IMG/VR virus record: IMGVR_UViG_2765236019_000001
Location: 1 to 64,000 of that record
Direction: 5' to 3' (one strand)
Length of the DNA: 64,000 bases
DNA from: a virus
Taxonomy: Duplodnaviria > Caudoviricetes
Shown here: positions 62,655-64,000 of the stretch, one piece after another
Numbering within the stretch: the stretch's first letter is position 1
Layout: each line of letters starts with the position of its first letter
Program-made: the position numbers and the translations under genes
The notes under the pieces: model-generated
Told to the model about the DNA's origin: nothing
Database searches by the model: none
Seen by the model: only the letters and a program-made list of their open reading frames with translations

Positions 62655-64000
62655 TCAACTGTCTTGCTCGGATTCGGAGTTCTGCGGACTGCGCTGGTCC
62701 TTTGGGTTGTGCGCCATGGTCACAACGCTGTCGAATATTTTTTTGGCGTCCATCCCGAGTTTCAGAGAGAATCCCGAATCATCAGGGCTTCCCGCTGGCT
62801 TTGCCGGAGCGACCTTGTTGTCAGTGTGCGGCTTCTCCGGCGGGATGCCCGCGGCTTCGAAAATACCAGCGTCAATGGACGCCTTGATAAAGTCCAAGGC
62901 TCCCTGGGCCATGACATCCTGCCTCTGCTCTTCCTCGATTTCCCGCAGCTTCTCGTCGGGAAATTCGACACCGAGTTCGTTGAGGGCGGAACGTTTGCTC
63001 TCCAAGCCGAGAGCCATCTTCAGCTGGATTTCATTGAGTTTGACGATGTTGTCAACAGGCAGCGGACTGGGCCAGACGACGTCGGCCTGGTACGCCTCGG
63101 GGTCGTGGACATCGATGATGGTCGGCTGGCTGGGGTCCTTCTTGATGCCCTCGGTGACGGGGTCGTAGGCGCGGGTTTCCGGCTCGTACGTGTAGAGGGT
63201 GAGGAGGACCAGGTCGTTGATCCGCTTGAAGCCGCTGCCGTATTGCATTTGTTTGAGGCTGGCCCGCTGGACCAAGGGGAAATGTTGGATTGCGAGCGCC
63301 ACGCCTGATGTATTCGACACCGGCTGCGCCTTGCCGAGAGCGGTCTCGGGGACGCCGCTCAGCTCGTGCATGCTGTTCTTCAGGATCCCCAGGTACTCAA
63401 GCGGTCCCTGGAGGTTCACGGCAGATTCAAGGTTGAATACGCTTGCATCCTTGGGTAGGCCGCCCCAGACCTTTTTGGGTCCCTTTTCGAGGTTCGTGGC
63501 CTTGGCGCCGGTGATGATGGTGACCGGGGCTGCGTGGTAGTTGATGATATCCGCGATGGCGTTCGTGATGTTGTTGTATTCGCGGTTGAGGGGGATGATG
63601 TCGTCGAGGTCGCTTTTCCCCCAGGGCGAGCCGGAGACGGCGATGTTGCGAATATGCACGATCGGGATAACGCCGATCGGGTTGGGTCGGTCGTCCACCA
63701 GGTCGTCGTTGATGTACTCCGATATCCGATCGTCCGTCAGGATTTCAGTGTATGTATATGTGGTCCTGGTGCCGTCGGTCGAAGTGCCCCAGAACTTGTA
63801 CTTGATCTTGACGCGGGTCAGCTTGTCTCGGTCATGCGGATGGTATTCCGGAAAAACATGGGCACTGGAGAGGGGAAGGATCCTGACCCTCCCGGGATGC
63901 TGGCGCCCAGCCTTGTCTTCCCAAGCCTCTTCGTAGGCGACTTTCACGAAGGCGTCTCCGGTGACTCCGCCGTTTTCGCCTATCTCGTAGAGAATCGACT
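62655..64000 (-). CDS. Portal protein (SPP1 gp6-like), 5' end outside the window
   Basis: The frame stays open to the window edge (GVTGDAFVKV). NPIGVIPIVHI.N, G.SD and NTSGVAL. Confidence 0.92.
   Translation of the reverse strand, partial: SILYEIGENGGVTGDAFVKVAYEEAWEDKAGRQHPGRVRILPLSSAHVFPEYHPHDRDKLTRVKIKYKFWGTSTDGTRTTYTYTEILTDDRISEYINDDLVDDRPNPIGVIPIVHIRNIAVSGSPWGKSDLDDIIPLNREYNNITNAIADIINYHAAPVTIITGAKATNLEKGPKKVWGGLPKDASVFNLESAVNLQGPLEYLGILKNSMHELSGVPETALGKAQPVSNTSGVALAIQHFPLVQRASLKQMQYGSGFKRINDLVLLTLYTYEPETRAYDPVTEGIKKDPSQPTIIDVHDPEAYQADVVWPSPLPVDNIVKLNEIQLKMALGLESKRSALNELGVEFPDEKLREIEEEQRQDVMAQGALDFIKASIDAGIFEAAGIPPEKPHTDNKVAPAKPAGSPDDSGFSLKLGMDAKKIFDSVVTMAHNPKDQRSPQNSESEQDS

Larger units (their letters stand above)
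989..64000. mobile_element. Prophage with a contractile (myovirus-type) tail, continuing beyond the right edge of the window
   Basis: Integrase, lysis, replication, baseplate, sheath, tube, capsid, scaffold and portal genes in phage-like order. Confidence 0.97.

Noticed and set aside
1-64000. tRNA or rRNA genes
   Set aside because: No cloverleaf or rRNA-like sequence recognised by eye in the intergenic gaps. tRNAscan-SE would be needed to exclude them.

Overview
The first ~990 bp are very GC-rich actinomycete host DNA (Streptomyces-like): a small HTH gene and the 3' part of a TrmH/SpoU methyltransferase gene. The rest is a large temperate prophage with a contractile tail, inserted into trmH by a large serine recombinase (predicted crossover TT at 989-990). 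The window ends inside the portal gene, so the terminase, any repressor and the far attachment site are not visible. Almost all phage genes are on the minus strand. They include a nucleotidyltransferase / HAD-like / TGT(DpdA)-like operon, an Rpf-LysM muralytic enzyme, holin and endolysin, a recombination and replication block (RuvC, Cas4-like, HNH, WhiB, Hjc-like, RecA, class II RNR, PolA, SSB, SNF2, primase, DnaB, DnaC-like), baseplate, tail and neck genes, capsid, scaffold and portal. A ~6.6 kb XRE-DUF5753/DUF397/HATPase island with many micro-ORFs interrupts the head operon. Main new observations: (1) a promoter-like motif, TAACWC-N18-nAnnnT, at about 10 intergenic sites; (2) a coupled operon of an intact Pol-beta-type nucleotidyltransferase with apparently degenerate HAD and TGT folds, whose start codon lies in a 15-bp hairpin; (3) a secreted phage Rpf; (4) a central spike fused to tandem repeat domains; (5) a candidate +1 frameshift. 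All family assignments come from motif recognition by eye, not database searches.
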